Shown piece after piece: positions 12,053 to 25,100 of a stretch of DNA of 64,000 bases. The notes beneath the pieces are model-generated. The model was given only the letters and a program-made list of their open reading frames with translations. It ran no database searches and was not told where the DNA came from. This DNA comes from Anolis carolinensis. Taxonomy: Eukaryota. The position numbers and the translations under genes are program-made. Within the stretch, counting starts at the first letter, position 1. The number at the start of each line of letters is the position of its first letter. The stretch is taken from NCBI RefSeq assembly GCF_035594765.1, contig NW_026943819.1, forward strand, positions 29,872,703 to 29,936,702, given 5' to 3'.

Positions 12053-12421
12053 GTAAGTCGGCCTTTGGGGATCCTGAAATGCGTGAAAGCATTGCAGCTT
12101 GACCTCCACAACTTAGGATTGAAGTTGGTTTAGTAGTGTTTGGGATGCTGTCTGTTCAGCTCTACTGGTGCATGCTTTTTCATTTATAATAATAATAATA
12201 ATAATAAAACTTTATTTATACCCCGCCACCATCTCCCCAACGGGGACTCGGGGCGGCTTACATGGGGCCATGCCCAGAACAAGACAATGTAAACAGCATA
12301 TAAAAGAACATTTTTATTATTAATTTTTAATTTTTATTGGTTTTTTAAATTCTCACCTCTAGCAACTGTTTTTGTGATCCTTATGTTTTTTGGCTGCCCT
12401 CCTTTCTGAATCAGCCACGCT

Positions 12422-12466
<45 letters not shown>

Positions 12467-12516
12467 TTCTTCTTCTTCTTCTTCTTTCTTCTTCTTCCTT
12501 CTTCTTCTTCCTTCTG

Positions 12517-12995
12517 TGGCTGTGGCGCAGCTGGCTAGTAACCAGCTGTTATAAATCACTACTGACCGAGAGGTCATGAGTTCGAAGCCCGGTCGGGTTA
12601 AGCCTCCGACCATTAAAAAAAAAAAAAAATAGCCCCGGCTTGCTGTTGACCTAGCAGCCCCGAAAGACAGTTGCATCTGTCAAGTAGGGAAAATTAGGTA
12701 CGCTTTATGCGGGAGGCTAATTTAACTAATCTACAACACCATAAAACTGCTCACGAGGAAAAGAAGAGGAAGAACAGCCACCAATGGACGGTGGAGCAAC
12801 AGCTCCCCCTGTGGCCGGAAATCATGAAGCTGGAAAGATGTTAAAAATGCCTCTGTGTCTGTCTAAAACTGAATGTTGTTTGTCTGTTGGCATTGAATGT
12901 TTGCCATATATGTGTTCATTGTAATCCGCCCTGAGTCCCCTTCGGGGTGAGAAAGAAGGGCGGAATATAAATACTGTAAATAAATAATAAATAAA
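12517..12995 (+). mobile_element. tRNA-derived SINE with L2-like tail
   Basis: A-box-like TGTGGCGCAGCTGG, B-box-like GAGTTCGAAGCC, tail GTAATCCGCCCTGAGTCCCCTTCGGGG...(TAAA)n; copies at ~27320-27808(-), ~30024-30490(+) and ~31850-32095(-). Confidence 0.75.
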
Positions 12996-13081
12996 TTCTT
13001 CTTCCTTCTTCTCCCTTCTTCTTCTTCTGACTTCTTCTTCTTCTTCTTCCTTCTTCTTCTTCTTCTTCTTCTTTTTTCCAG

Positions 13082-13256
13082 GACTGTCTGTGGTCCAGGG
13101 CCACGGGGGACTTCTGGGCATCTACAACGGAGAGGAGCTGGTCTTTGAGGAGAGCGGATGGACCATCTGGAACTTCCTGAAGCTGCTCTGGCGCTACGGG
13201 CTGAACGCCATTCGGAAGTCCATGTGGGTGGAGGAGACCCTGGACAAGTTCATGAG
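13082..13256 (+). CDS. PCYOX1: PCYOX1 paralog A exon 3
   Basis: [39 protein letters not shown]...LDKFMR; 175 nt; AG/GT. Confidence 0.93.
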
Positions 13257-13449
13257 GTGACCGGCCAGACACAAACTGGGAATTATGCCTGGGAAGCAAG
13301 GAGAGAGTCGGGACCTCCTAAGGCAGTCCAGCTCAGCCCACTCCTGCTCTAGGAACCCCCAACTCAGACTCATTACTTCGTACCTATACGGGTTATATTT
13401 AATTGCATTTTAATGTCTGCATATTTGTATATTTTAAACTGTTGGTTGT

Positions 13450-13582
13450 TGCCTTTTATGTCTACCCACTTTGAGTCTCCTTTGGGAGAGATAAAGCAGG
13501 GTATATATAAATATAATAATAATAATAATTGTATGCTATTGCTTTACATTGTCTCTTTTGGGAGAGATAAAGCAGGGTATAA

Positions 13583-13637
<55 letters not shown>

Positions 13638-13877
13638 TGTATGTTATTGCCTTTTATGTCTACCCACTTTGGGTCTTCTTCGGGAGAGATAAAATGGTAT
13701 AATAATAATAATAATAATAGTAGTAGTAGTAGTACGTTATTTCCTTTTATGTCTATCCGCTTTGGGTCTCCTTCGGGAGAGAGAAAGCGGGCTATAAATA
13801 AATAAATATAATAATAATAATAATGGTATGCTATTGCTTTACATTGTCTCTTTTGGGAGAGATAAAGCAGGATATAA

Positions 13878-13918
<41 letters not shown>

Positions 13919-14354
13919 GTAGTAGTAGTAGTAGTACGTTATTTCCTTTTATGTCTATCCGCTTTGGGTCTCCTTCGGGAGAGAGAAAGCGGGGTATAAA
14001 TAAATATAATAATAATAATAATGGTATGCTATTGCTTTACATTGTCTCTTTTGGGAGAGATAAAGCAGGGTATAAATATAATAATAATAAGTATAATAAT
14101 AATAATAGTAGTAGTACGTTATTTCCTTTTATGTCTATCCGCTTTGGGTCTCCTTCGGGAGAGAGAAAGCGGGGTATAAATAAATAAATATAATAATAAT
14201 AATAATGGTATGCTATTGCTTTACATTGTCTCTTTTGGGAGAGATAAAGCAGGATATAAATATAATAATAATAATAATAATAATAGTAGTACGTTATTTC
14301 CTTTTATGTCTATCCGCTTTGGGTCTCCTTCAGGGGAGATAAAGCAGGGTATAA

Positions 14355-14394
<40 letters not shown>

Positions 14395-14501
14395 TAATAA
14401 TAATAATAATTATTATTATTATTATTATTATTATTGTATGTTATTGCCTTTTATGTCTATCCGCTTTGAGTCTCCTTCAGGGGAGATAAAGCAGGGTATA
14501 A

Positions 14502-14532
<31 letters not shown>

Positions 14533-14599
14533 TGTATGTTATTGCCTTTTATGTCTATCTGCTTTGAGTCTCCTTCAGGGGAGATAAAGCAGGGTATAC

Positions 14600-14645
<46 letters not shown>
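13450..14645 (+). repeat. Composite minisatellite: LINE-tail-like units separated by (AAT)n
   Basis: Repeated TATGTCTATCCGCTTTG(A/G)GTCTCCTTC..GGAGA(G/T)AAAGC.GGGTATAAAT and ATGCTATTGCTTTACATTGTCTCTTTTGGGAGAGATAAAGC units. Confidence 0.85.
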
Positions 14646-14647
<2 letters not shown>

Positions 14648-14677
14648 TAGTCTGCTCTCCTTCCTTGGTGGCGCCAG

Positions 14678-14889
14678 GGTCTACCGCTACCAGGCGCACG
14701 GCTACGCCTTCAGCTCCAATGTGGCCCTTCTCCATGCGCTCGGAGGGGCCGAGCTGGTCCAGACGTGGAACCAGACCATGGAGGAGTCCATGCGGAAGGC
14801 CGGCTTCTCCCAGACGTTCATCCACGAAATGGCAGCGCCCATCATGCGCTACAACTACGGGCAGGGAGTCGGCATCAACGGATTTGTGG
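14678..14889 (+). CDS. PCYOX1: PCYOX1 paralog A exon 4
   Basis: VYRYQAHGYAFSS...[31 protein letters not shown]; 212 nt; AG/GT. Confidence 0.93.
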
Positions 14890-14981
14890 GTGAGTGGGTG
14901 GGCTTGGTTTCCAAAAGGTTGAGACCTCTAGAAAGGTCGTGCCGTTCCACAATGACCTTTTCCTTCATTGTTCTGCGGCAG

Positions 14982-15137
14982 GTGTGGTGGCCTTCACGGG
15001 GGTCGACAAGGGCCTGTGGTCGGTGGAAGGGGGCAACCAGAGGGTGTGTTCGGGGCTGCTCCAGGCCTCCAAGACCCACCTTATTCCGGGCACGGTCACC
15101 TCCGTGGAGGAAACAACGCGGCCCAGGGGACGCTCAG
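14982..15137 (+). CDS. PCYOX1: PCYOX1 paralog A exon 5
   Basis: [26 protein letters not shown]...RPRGRSG; 156 nt; preceded by a 92-nt intron. Confidence 0.92.
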
Positions 15138-15398
15138 GTGAGGCACCAGAAAGACCTCTAACACATTAGAAAAAGTTTGCATTGCATGGAAAAGTAGGAA
15201 CATTAGTGAGAACAGGGATCTGGAAAACAATGAGGACTAGAAACATGAAGCAAATTTCTTGGTTCTATACATTAAAATCAAACTCCAGACTGAGCTCTGG
15301 AACCCTTTATAGATTGGCTTCAAAGCACATGGGAAGAAATGCCCATAACTGTTGTTTTTGTAATGCATAATCATAATAATAATAATAATAATAATAAT

Positions 15399-15682
15399 CA
15401 GGACCTCAAGATTGAACTGCAAAGACTCTGGCAGAAACCAGTGCAGGTGGTCCCGGTGGTGATGGGCACACTGGGTGCCGTGCCGAAAGATCTCAGCCGG
15501 CATTTGGAAACAATAGGCATTGACAAAATTACGATCTGCCAACTGCAAAAGGCCACCCTGCTGGGATCTGCACGCATCATCCGAAAATACATCACACAGT
15601 CCTAGACACTTGGGAAGTGTTCGACTTGTGATTTTGTGAAACGAAACCCAGCATATCTATCTTGTTTGCTGTGTCATACAAC
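15399..15682 (+). mobile_element. 3' end of R4/Dong-clade non-LTR retrotransposon inserted in (AAT)n
   Basis: QDLKIELQRLWQKPVQVVPVVMGTLGAVPK...QLQKATLLGSARIIRKY* resembles the RLE endonuclease C-terminus; flanked by TAA repeats; shorter copy at ~16121-16212. Confidence 0.8.
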
Positions 15683-16076
15683 GTCGTTGTGTCAATAATA
15701 ATAATAATAATAATAATATTTATTTATTTTATTTATTTATTTGCGACATTTATATACCGCCCTTCTCACCCCGAAGGGGACTCAGGACGGTTTACATGTA
15801 TATATACATACAATATATTATATTATACAACTATATCGCAATATTATTAGTAATATTGCATGTAATATAAATATACAATTATAATAGTGAATTATAATTA
15901 TTATTGCATTGTATTACATCATAATATTATTATTAATATTACATGTATATACAATGTGTTATAATATTAGTATAGTATAATATTATTATATATCATTATA
16001 TCATTAAATTGATACAGGAGACATGGTGGAAAGATGTCTTCCCGGCCCCGCCTTCTTCATTCTGCTCCAGATATAA

Positions 16077-16123
<47 letters not shown>

Positions 16124-16212
16124 ATCACACAGTCCTAGACTTTTGGGAAGTGTTCAACTTGTGATTTTGTGAAACGAAATCCAGCATATCTACCTTGTTT
16201 GCTGTGTCATAC

Positions 16213-16265
<53 letters not shown>

Positions 16266-16339
16266 AGTACTAATTTCACATATGCATTTCCCCCTGAAAT
16301 GTTTACAAATGTTTGCAAATATGTGCATTTTCCTCCTGC

Positions 16340-17899
16340 AATATTTGCAAGCCCTATATATCTATATTCATATATATCTATCTAGACATCTCTCTATATA
16401 TAGGTAATTATACCTGTATAAGATTTGCAGAGACTTGCAAACATATGAGGTGAAAATACATACATAAAATAATGTATACACATAGATACAGATATACAGG
16501 GACATGGAAATCTCTAGATATCTATATGTATATAGGATCTGCAAGACTTGTAAAAAGCACACTGAAGACTTATGATTTCCATTAGTGGTGAAATCAACGG
16601 TAGCATAGCTCACAAAACCAGAGTTGTTTTATGATTGGATTTGTTTTTCCCTTTAAGGAGAGACGGTCAAGCTGTATGATGTCACCTACGAGTCCACCTC
16701 CAGAGATTTCTTAATCTCTCCTTATTATTTATTTATTTACAGTATTTATATTCCGCCCTTCTCACCCCAAAGGGGACTCAGGGCGGATTACAATGAACAC
16801 ATATATGGCAAACATTCATTATTATCCAACATATTCGCTTATCCAACGTTCTGCCGGCCCGTTTACGTTGGATAAGTGAAACTCTACTTATTGAAAACAT
16901 TGACTACAAAAATGGCTTGGATTATCCAGAGGCTTGGATAAGCGAGGCTTGGATAAGTGAGACTCTACTATATTTGCAAGCCCTGCATATAACTCTCTGA
17001 GTGTGTGCGTGTGCATTTCCACTGTGATATTTACAAGCCCTATATATCTATATTCATATATATCTATCTAGACATCTCTCTCTATATAGGTAATTATACC
17101 TGTATAGGATTTGCAGAGACTTGCAAACATATGAGGTGAAAATACATACATAAAATAATGTATACACATAGATACAGATATACAGGTACATGGAAATCTC
17201 TAGATATCTATATGTATATAGGATCTGCAAAGACTTGTAAAAAGCACACTGAAGACTTATGATTTCCATTAGTGGTGAAATCAACGGTAGCATAGCTCAC
17301 CAAACCAGAGTTGCTTTATGATTGGCTTTGTTTCTCCCTTTAAGGAGAGACGGTCAAGCTGTACGAAGTCACCTACGAGTCCACCTCCAGAGATTTCTTA
17401 ATCTCTCCTTATTATCCAACATATTCGCTTATCCAACGTTCTGCCGGCCCGTTTAGGTTGGATAAGCGAGACTCTACTGTATTTGCAAGCCCTATATATA
17501 TCTCTCTCTGAATGTGTGTGTGTGCATTTCCACTGTGATATTTACAAGCCCTATATATCTATATTCATATATATCTATCTAGACATCTCTCTATATATAG
17601 GTAATTATACCTGTATAGGATTTGCAGAGACTTGCAAACATATGAGGTGAAAATACATACATAAAATAATGTATACACATAGATACAGATATACAGGTAC
17701 ATGGGAATCTCTAGATATCTATATGTATATAGGATCTGCAAAGACTTGTAAAAAGCACACTGAAGACTTATGATTTCCATTAGTGGTGAAATCAACGGTA
17801 GCATAGCTCACAAAACCAGAGTTGCTTTATGATTGGCTTTGTTTCTCCCTTTAAGGAGAGACGGTCAAGCTGTACGAAGTCACCTACGAGTCCACCTCC
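16340..17899 (+). repeat. Triplication of the PCYOX1-A intron5/exon6 junction (periods ~687 and 511 bp)
   Basis: TTTAAG|GAGAGACGGTCAAGCTGTA.GA.GTCACCTACGAGTCCACCTCC at 16658, 17345 and 17856. Confidence 0.9.
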
Positions 17900-18508
17900 G
17901 GAGTGACGTCGTCCTCTCTCTACGACATTGTTGTGATCGCGGCTCCTTTGCACCGTGAGATGGCCAACATCTCCTTCCGCAACTTCCATCCGCCCGTCCC
18001 CGAATTCTCCAAGCCTTACGAGCACGTCGTCTCCACGTTTGTCCACGGGAACATCAACTCGTCTTTGTTCGGATACCCGGACCCTTCCCAGTTGCAACTG
18101 AACGACATTTTCACCACGGAAGACCCCAAGGCCTTCGTCTACAGCATCAGCATCGTCCCTCCCGTTGACAACGATGCAGACGCAGTGGCGTCCACACCGG
18201 TTTGGAAAATGTTTTCGGCCCGGCCTTTGACCAAGGCGCAGCTGGACGTGCTCTTCTCCTCCTACGACTCGGTGGAGTCGAAGGCATGGCTGGCCTACCC
18301 TCACTACAGCCCGCCCGAACAATGCCCGCCCCTCGTGATCCACGACCACGTGTACTACGTCAACAGCATGGAGTGGGTGGCCAGCGCCATGGAAATGGGC
18401 GCCATCTCGGCCAAGAACATTGCCCTCCTGGCTCACCACCGATGGTACGAGCGGACGGACAAGATCGACCAAGAAGATCTGCACGAGAAACTCAAAACGG
18501 AGCTCTGA
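17856..18508 (+). CDS. PCYOX1: PCYOX1 paralog A exon 6 (ends KTEL*)
   Basis: ETVKLYEV...YDIVVIAAPL...WLAYPHY...ASAMEM...HEKLKTEL; the six exons join to 1521 nt = 506 aa plus stop. Confidence 0.95.
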
Positions 18509-19409
18509 AGCTGATTGGAAAAGCCTATTAAACATCAAATTAGGTTATAATTTTACAAATTAAGCACCAAAACATCATGTTATACAACAAATTTGGCAGA
18601 AAAAGTAGTTCAATATGCAGTAATGCTATGTAGTAATTACTGTATTTATGAATTTAGCACCAAAATATCACGATATATTGAAAACACTGACTACAAAAAT
18701 GGCTTGGATAATCCAGAAGCTTGGATAAGCGAGTGTTGGATAAGTGAGACTCTACTGTATATTATTATTCATTATTCATGACTACATTGAAACTAGAATA
18801 GAGAGAAATCAGTGTGGAAATTGCAAGAGGTACCCTAGATTGTTGGACATGGAAATAAGGGTAGTCAATAGTTTTTGATTCATTGAATACAGTTATATAT
18901 TACAACTAGCTTTGCCCGGCCACGCGTTGCTGTGGCTTATGGGAATCCTTATGGAATAGCAGTGAATAGCCTTGCAGTCTCAAAGCCTGGCTGTTTTCTG
19001 GAGTAGCTGGAGCTTTTTGTTGTATGAACGTAGAGGCATGGATGAGGGGTTGTGCTGCCAAGTTGAGTGTTTCTGGGATGTGTCGTTTTGTTGTTTTGTC
19101 CTAGGCCGAAATTTCATTACCCTTCTATATATATAAAAGAGTGATGGCATCACGGCGACCCACAAAACAACAAAACTACAGGCCCCCCAACGTGGACATG
19201 GAAATAAGGGTAGTCAATAGTTTTTGATTTATTAAATACAGTTATATATTACAAGTATACATTTTTGTTATTTAAACTATACCTATTGCGAAATTATGGT
19301 TTTTTTTCTCGAAGTGACACGCCACCCAAGTCATTATAGGGTTTGTGTGTGTGTGTGATTTTTGACACACCAAGTGCAAAAAAGGTGGCGCATCCTTGGT
19401 GCAAAGCAA

Positions 19410-19551
19410 CAGGCATGGGCAAACTTGGGCCCTCCCTCCGGGTGTTTTGGACTTCAACTCCCACAATTCCTAACAGCCTACCGGCTGTTAGGAATTGTGG
19501 GAGTTGAAGTCCAAAACACCCGGAGGGAGGGCCCAAGTTTGCCCATGCCTG
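19410..19551. mobile_element. Palindromic hAT MITE
   Basis: CAGGCATGGGCAAACTT...AAGTTTGCCCATGCCTG near-perfect hairpin; 8-bp TSD CAAAGCAA; related copy at ~45833-45958. Confidence 0.85.
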
Positions 19552-19559
19552 CAAAGCAA

Positions 19560-19769
19560 GCTCTCCAAAGGCGCTCGCTCTGTGCGTAAAAGCGGGCGGG
19601 CAGGGCGCACGGTTGGGCGCCTCTCTCTCCCGAGCCCGCCCTCCGCCCTCCGCCCGCCCGCCCACGGAAGGGGTTTTCCAGGCCCGGGGAGGAGGAGGAG
19701 GCCCGGCCCGCCCGCCTCCCCGGCCCTCCTCCTCCCCGCCTTCCCTTCCTTCTTTCCCCGGTCGTGGCC
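19560..19769 (+). promoter_or_regulatory. PCYOX1-B GC-box/CpG promoter
   Basis: Multiple GGGCGG/CCGCCC motifs and dense CpG immediately upstream of the ATG. Confidence 0.65.
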
Positions 19770-19893
19770 ATGGCTTCTCTGCTCGGCTCGCCCTGGCTGC
19801 TTCTCCTCCTCCTCTTCTTCTTCTTCTTCTCCTCGGCTCTCCTGCCCCGAAGCTCAGCCGCCCAAGACCTGCGACGCCCGCCTTCCAGGATTG
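19770..19893 (+). CDS. PCYOX1: PCYOX1 paralog B exon 1 (signal peptide)
   Basis: gccATGG; MASLLGSPWLLLLLLFFFFFSSALLPRSSAAQDLRRPPSRI; G|GTAGG donor. Confidence 0.88.
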
Positions 19894-19909
19894 GTAGGTT
19901 CCCTTTGGG

Positions 19910-21056
19910 AGGAGAGAGAGAGAGATACATACATACATACATAGAGAGATGGATAGATAGATAGAGACATAAAGAGATGGATGGATGGATAGATAGAGAG
20001 AGACAGAGAGAGAGAGAGAGATGGATAAATAGATAGATGGATAGATAGATGTAGAGATAGAGAGATGGATAGATAAATAAATAGAGAGATGGATAGAGAG
20101 AGAGATAGAGAGATGGATAGATAGAGAGAGAGATAAAGAGATGGATGGATGGATGGATAGAGAGATGGATGGATACATACATACATAGAGAGATGGATAG
20201 AGAGATAAATAAATAGAGAGATGAATAGATAGATAGATAAATAGATAGAGAGATGGATACATACATACATAGAGAGATGGATAGATAGATAAATAAATAG
20301 AGAGATGGATAGATAGACCAAGACCTGCGACGCCCACCTTCCAGGATTGGTAGGTTCCCTTTGGGAGGAGAGAGAGAGAGATACATACATACATACATAC
20401 ATACATAGAGAGATGGATNNNNNNNNNNNNNNNNNNNNNNNNNNNNNNNNNNNNNNNNNNNNNNNNNNNNNNNNNNNNNNNNNNNNNNNNNNNNNNNNNN
20501 NNNNNNNNNNNNNNNNNNNNNNNNNNNNNNNNNNNNNNNNNNNNNNNNNNNNNNNNNNNNNNNNNNNNNNNNNNNNNNNNNNNNNNNNNNNNNNNNNNNN
20601 NNNNNNNNNNNNNNNNNNNNNNNNNNNNNNNNNNNNNNNNNNGGATAGATAAATNNNNNNNNNNNNNNNNNNNNNNNNNNNNNNNNNNNNNNNNNNNNNN
20701 NNNNNNNNNNNNNNNNNNNNNNNNNNNNNNNNNNNNNNNNNNNNNNNNNNNNNNNNNNNNNNNNNNNNNNNNNNNNNNNNNNNNNNNNNNNNNNNNNNNN
20801 NNNNNNNNNNNNNNNNNNNNNNNNNNNNNNNNNNNNNNNNNNNNNNNNNNNNNNNNNNNGAGAGATGGATAGATAAATAAATAAATAGAGAGATGGATAG
20901 AGAGAGAGAGAGAGATGGATAAATAGATAGATGGATAGATAGATGTAGAGATAGATAGAGAGATGGATAGATAAATAAATAAATAGAGAGATGGATAGAT
21001 AGATAGAGAGATGGATAGATAAATAGAGAGATAAAGAGATGGATGGATGGATAGAT

Positions 21057-21089
<33 letters not shown>
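19910..21089. repeat. (GATA/GA/GGAT)n low-complexity tract with assembly gaps
   Basis: Direct observation; N runs at 20419-20642 and 20655-20859. Confidence 0.9.
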
Positions 21090-21091
<2 letters not shown>

Positions 21092-22125
21092 CCGTGTTTC
21101 CCTGAAAATAAGACAGTGTCTTATATTAATTTTTGCTCCCAAAGATGCTCTAGGTCATATTTTCAGGTGATGTCTTATTTTTCCATGAAGAAGAATTCAC
21201 ATTTATTGTTGAACAAAAACATGAACATTTCTTATATACTATACAGTAGTTGTCATCACAAACCAGCATAACCAAACAAGCTGTGAATCCTATCAAGAAT
21301 TTCTTGTTACTACCATTATTTCCATGTACAACAATATATGGTACGTACATTTACCGATCCTGCAAGCTCTGGTATTCTGTTTGTTGGGCATGTTTCCAAG
21401 CAAAAACTTTGCTAGGTCTTACTTTCGGGGGAGGCCTTATATTTAGCAATTCAGCAAAACCTCTACTAGGTCTTATTTTCTGGGAATGTCTTNNNNNNNN
21501 NNNNNNNNNNNNNNNNNNNNNNNNNNNNNNNNNNNNNNNNNNNNNNNNNNNNNNNNNNNNNNNNNNNNNNNNNNNNNNNNNNNNNNNNNNNNNNNNNNNN
21601 NNNNNNNNNNNNNNNNNNNNNNNNNNNNNNNNNNNNNNNNNNNNNNNNNNNNNNNNNNNNNNNNNNNNNNNNNNNNNAAGGGAGAGAAGGTGCATGCTGA
21701 CTTCTTTAGACTGGCTTTCTGCACTCGCTCAGGAGCCCTTTGCGGCCCATTTCAGAAACAATAATAAGCAAGGGTATGTTGATGACAGTGAGCCTTCCTG
21801 TCTTTATCACTTGAGGCAGCAAAGTTCTCCATAAACCGGCCGGATCCAGTTGAGCGTGGCTTGCTGGTCAGGCCCCTCCATTATCTGTCTTTTGCAAACA
21901 AAGGTCACGAAAGTAATAAGACCAAAAGTCAGGCGCTTCAAGTGGTGGCGCTTATGCACCTCAAGCTGCCATTCCCATAATTGCAACCACAGCAACAATG
22001 ATTTTGCTATGTTGTCAAAGGCCTTCATGGCCGGAATCATTGGGCTGCTGTGAGTTTTCTGTGTTGCATGGCTATGTTCCAGTAGCATTCTCTCCTGACG
22101 TTTTGCCTGCATCTATAATTTTGTT

Positions 22126-25100
22126 GAGCCCTGGTGGCGAAGTGTGTTAAAGCGCTGAGCTGCTGAACTTGCAGACCGAAAGGTCCCAGGTTCAAATCCC
22201 TGCGCCCGCTGCTAGCTCCAGCTTCTGCCAACCTAGCAGTTCAAAAACATGCAAATGTGAGTAGATCAATAGGTACCGCTCCAGCAGGAAGGTAACGGCG
22301 CTCCATGCAGTCATGCCAGTGGCCACATGATCTTGGAGGTGTCTACGGACAACGCTGGCTCTTCGGCTTAGAAATGGAGATGAGCTCCAACCCCCAGAGT
22401 GTGAGTAGATCAATAGGTACTGCTCCGGTGGGAAGGTAACGGCGCTCCATGCAGTCATGTCAGTGGCCACATGACTTTGGAGGTGTCTACGGACAACGCC
22501 GGCTCTTCAGCTTAGAAATGGAGATGAGCTCCAACCCCCAGAGTGTGAGTAGATCAACAGGTACTGCTCCGGTGGGAAGGTAACGGCACTCCATGCAGTT
22601 ATGTCAGTGGCCACATGACTTTGGAGGTGTCTATGGACAACACCGGCTCTTCAGCTTAGAAATGGAGATGAGCTCCAACCCCCAGAGTGTGAGTAGATCA
22701 ATAGGTACTGCTCCGGTGGGAAGGTAATGGCACTCCATGCAGTCATGTCAGTGGCCACATGACCTTGGAGGTGTCTACAAACAACGCCGGCTCTTTGCCT
22801 TAGAAATGGAGATGAGCACCAACCCCCAGAGTGTGAGTAGATCAATAGGTACTGCTCCGGTGGGAAGGTAATGGCACTCCATGCAGTCATGTCAGTGGCC
22901 ACATGACCTTGGAGGTGTCTACGGACAACGCCGGCTCTTTGGGCTTAGAAATGGAGATGAGCACCAACTCCCAGAGTGTGAGTAGATCAATAGGTACTGC
23001 TCCGGTGGGAAGGTAACACTGGCGCTCCATGCAATCATGTCAGTGGCCACATGACTTTGGAGGTGTCTACGGACAACGCCGGCTCTTCAGCTTAGAAATG
23101 GAGATGAGCTCCAACCCCCAGAGTGTGAGTAGATCAACAGGTACTGCTCCGGTGGGAAGGTAACGGCACTCCATGCAGTTATGTCAGTGGCCACATGACT
23201 TTGGAGGTGTCTATGGACAACACCGGCTCTTCAGCTTAGAAATGGAGATGAGCTCCAACCCCCAGAGTGTGAGTAGATCAATAGGTACTGCTCCGGTGGG
23301 AAGGTAATGGCACTCCATGCAGTCATGTCAGTGGCCACATGACCTTGGAGGTGTCTACAAACAACGCCGGCTCTTTGCCTTAGAAATGGAGATGAGCACC
23401 AACCCCCAGAGTGTGAGTAGATCAATAGGTACTGCTCCGGTGGGAAGGTAATGGCACTCCATGCAGTCATGTCAGTGGCCACATGACCTTGGAGGTGTCT
23501 ACGGACAACGCCGGCTCTTTGGGCTTAGAAATGGAGATGAGCACCAACTCCCAGAGTGTGAGTAGATCAATAGGTACTGCTCCGGTGGGAAGGTAACACT
23601 GGCGCTCCATGCAATCATGTCAGTGGCCACATGACTTTGGAGGTGTCTACGGACAACGCCGGCTCTTCAGCTTAGAAATGGAGATGAGCTCCAACCCCCA
23701 GAGTGTGAGTAGATCAACAGGTACTGCTCCGGTGGGAAGGTAACGGCACTCCATGCAGTTATGTCAGTGGCCACATGACTTTGGAGGTGTCTATGGACAA
23801 CACCGGCTCTTCAGCTTAGAAATGGAGATGAGCTCCAACCCCCAGAGTGTGAGTAGATCAATAGGTACTGCTCCGGTGGGAAGGTAATGGCACTCCATGC
23901 AGTCATGTCAGTGGCCACATGACCTTGGAGGTGTCTACAAACAACGCCGGCTCTTTGCCTTAGAAATGGAGATGAGCACCAACCCCCAGAGTGTGAGTAG
24001 ATCAATAGGTACTGCTCCGGTGGGAAGGTAATGGCACTCCATGCAGTCATGTCAGTGGCCACATGACCTTGGAGGTGTCTACGGACAACGCCGGCTCTTT
24101 GGGCTTAGAAATGGAGATGAGCACCAACCCCCAGAGTGTGAGTAGATCAACAGGTACTGCTCCGGTGGGAAGGTAACGGCGCTCCATGCAGTCATGTCAG
24201 TGGCCACATGACTTTGGAGGTGTCTACGGACAACGCCGGCTCTTCAGCTTAGAAATGGAGATGAGCTCCAACCCCCAGAGTGTGAGTAGATCAACAGGTA
24301 CTGCTCCGGTGGGAAGGTAACGGCGCTCCATGCAGTCATGTCAGTGGCCACATGACTTTGGAGGTGTCTACGGACAACGCCGGCTCTTTGCCTTAGAAAT
24401 GGAGATGAGCTCCAACCCCCAGAGTGTGAGTAGATCAACAGGTACTGCTCCGGTGGGAAGGTAACGGCGCTCCATGCAGTCATGTCAGTGGCCACATGAC
24501 TTTGGAGGTGTCTACGGACAACGCCGGCTCTTCAGCTTAGAAATGGAGATGAGCTCCAACCCCCAGAGTGTGAGTAGATCAACAGGTACTGCTCCGGTGG
24601 GAAGGTAACGGCGCTCCATGCAGTCATGTCAGTGGCCACATGACTTTGGAGGTGTCTACGGACAACGCCGGCTCTTTGCCTTAGAAATGGAGATGAGCTC
24701 CAACCCCCAGAGTGTGAGTAGATCAACAGGTACTGCTCCGGTGGGAAGGTAACGGCGCTCCATGCAGTCATGTCAGTGGCCACATGACTTTGGAGGTGTC
24801 TACGGACAACGCCGGCTCTTCAGCTTAGAAATGGAGATGAGCTCCAACCCCCAGAGTGTGAGTAGATCAACAGGTACTGCTCCGGTGGGAAGGTAACGGC
24901 GCTCCATGCAGTCATGTCAGTGGCCACATGACTTTGGAGGTGTCTACGGACAACGCCGGCTCTTCAGCTTAGAAATGGAGATGAGCACCAACCCCCAGAG
25001 TGTGAGTAGATCAACAGGTACTGCTCCGGTGGGAAGGTAACGGCGCTCCATGCAGTCATGTCAGTGGCCACATGACTTTGGAGGTGTCTACGGACAACGC

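Noticed and set aside
12517-12600. tRNA-like A/B boxes (also 22126 and 30024)
   Set aside because: SINE heads, not cloverleaf tRNA genes
17792-18538. Antisense ~247-aa ORFs (also 33649-34389 and 39721-40461)
   Set aside because: Shadows of GC3-rich PCYOX1 exon 6
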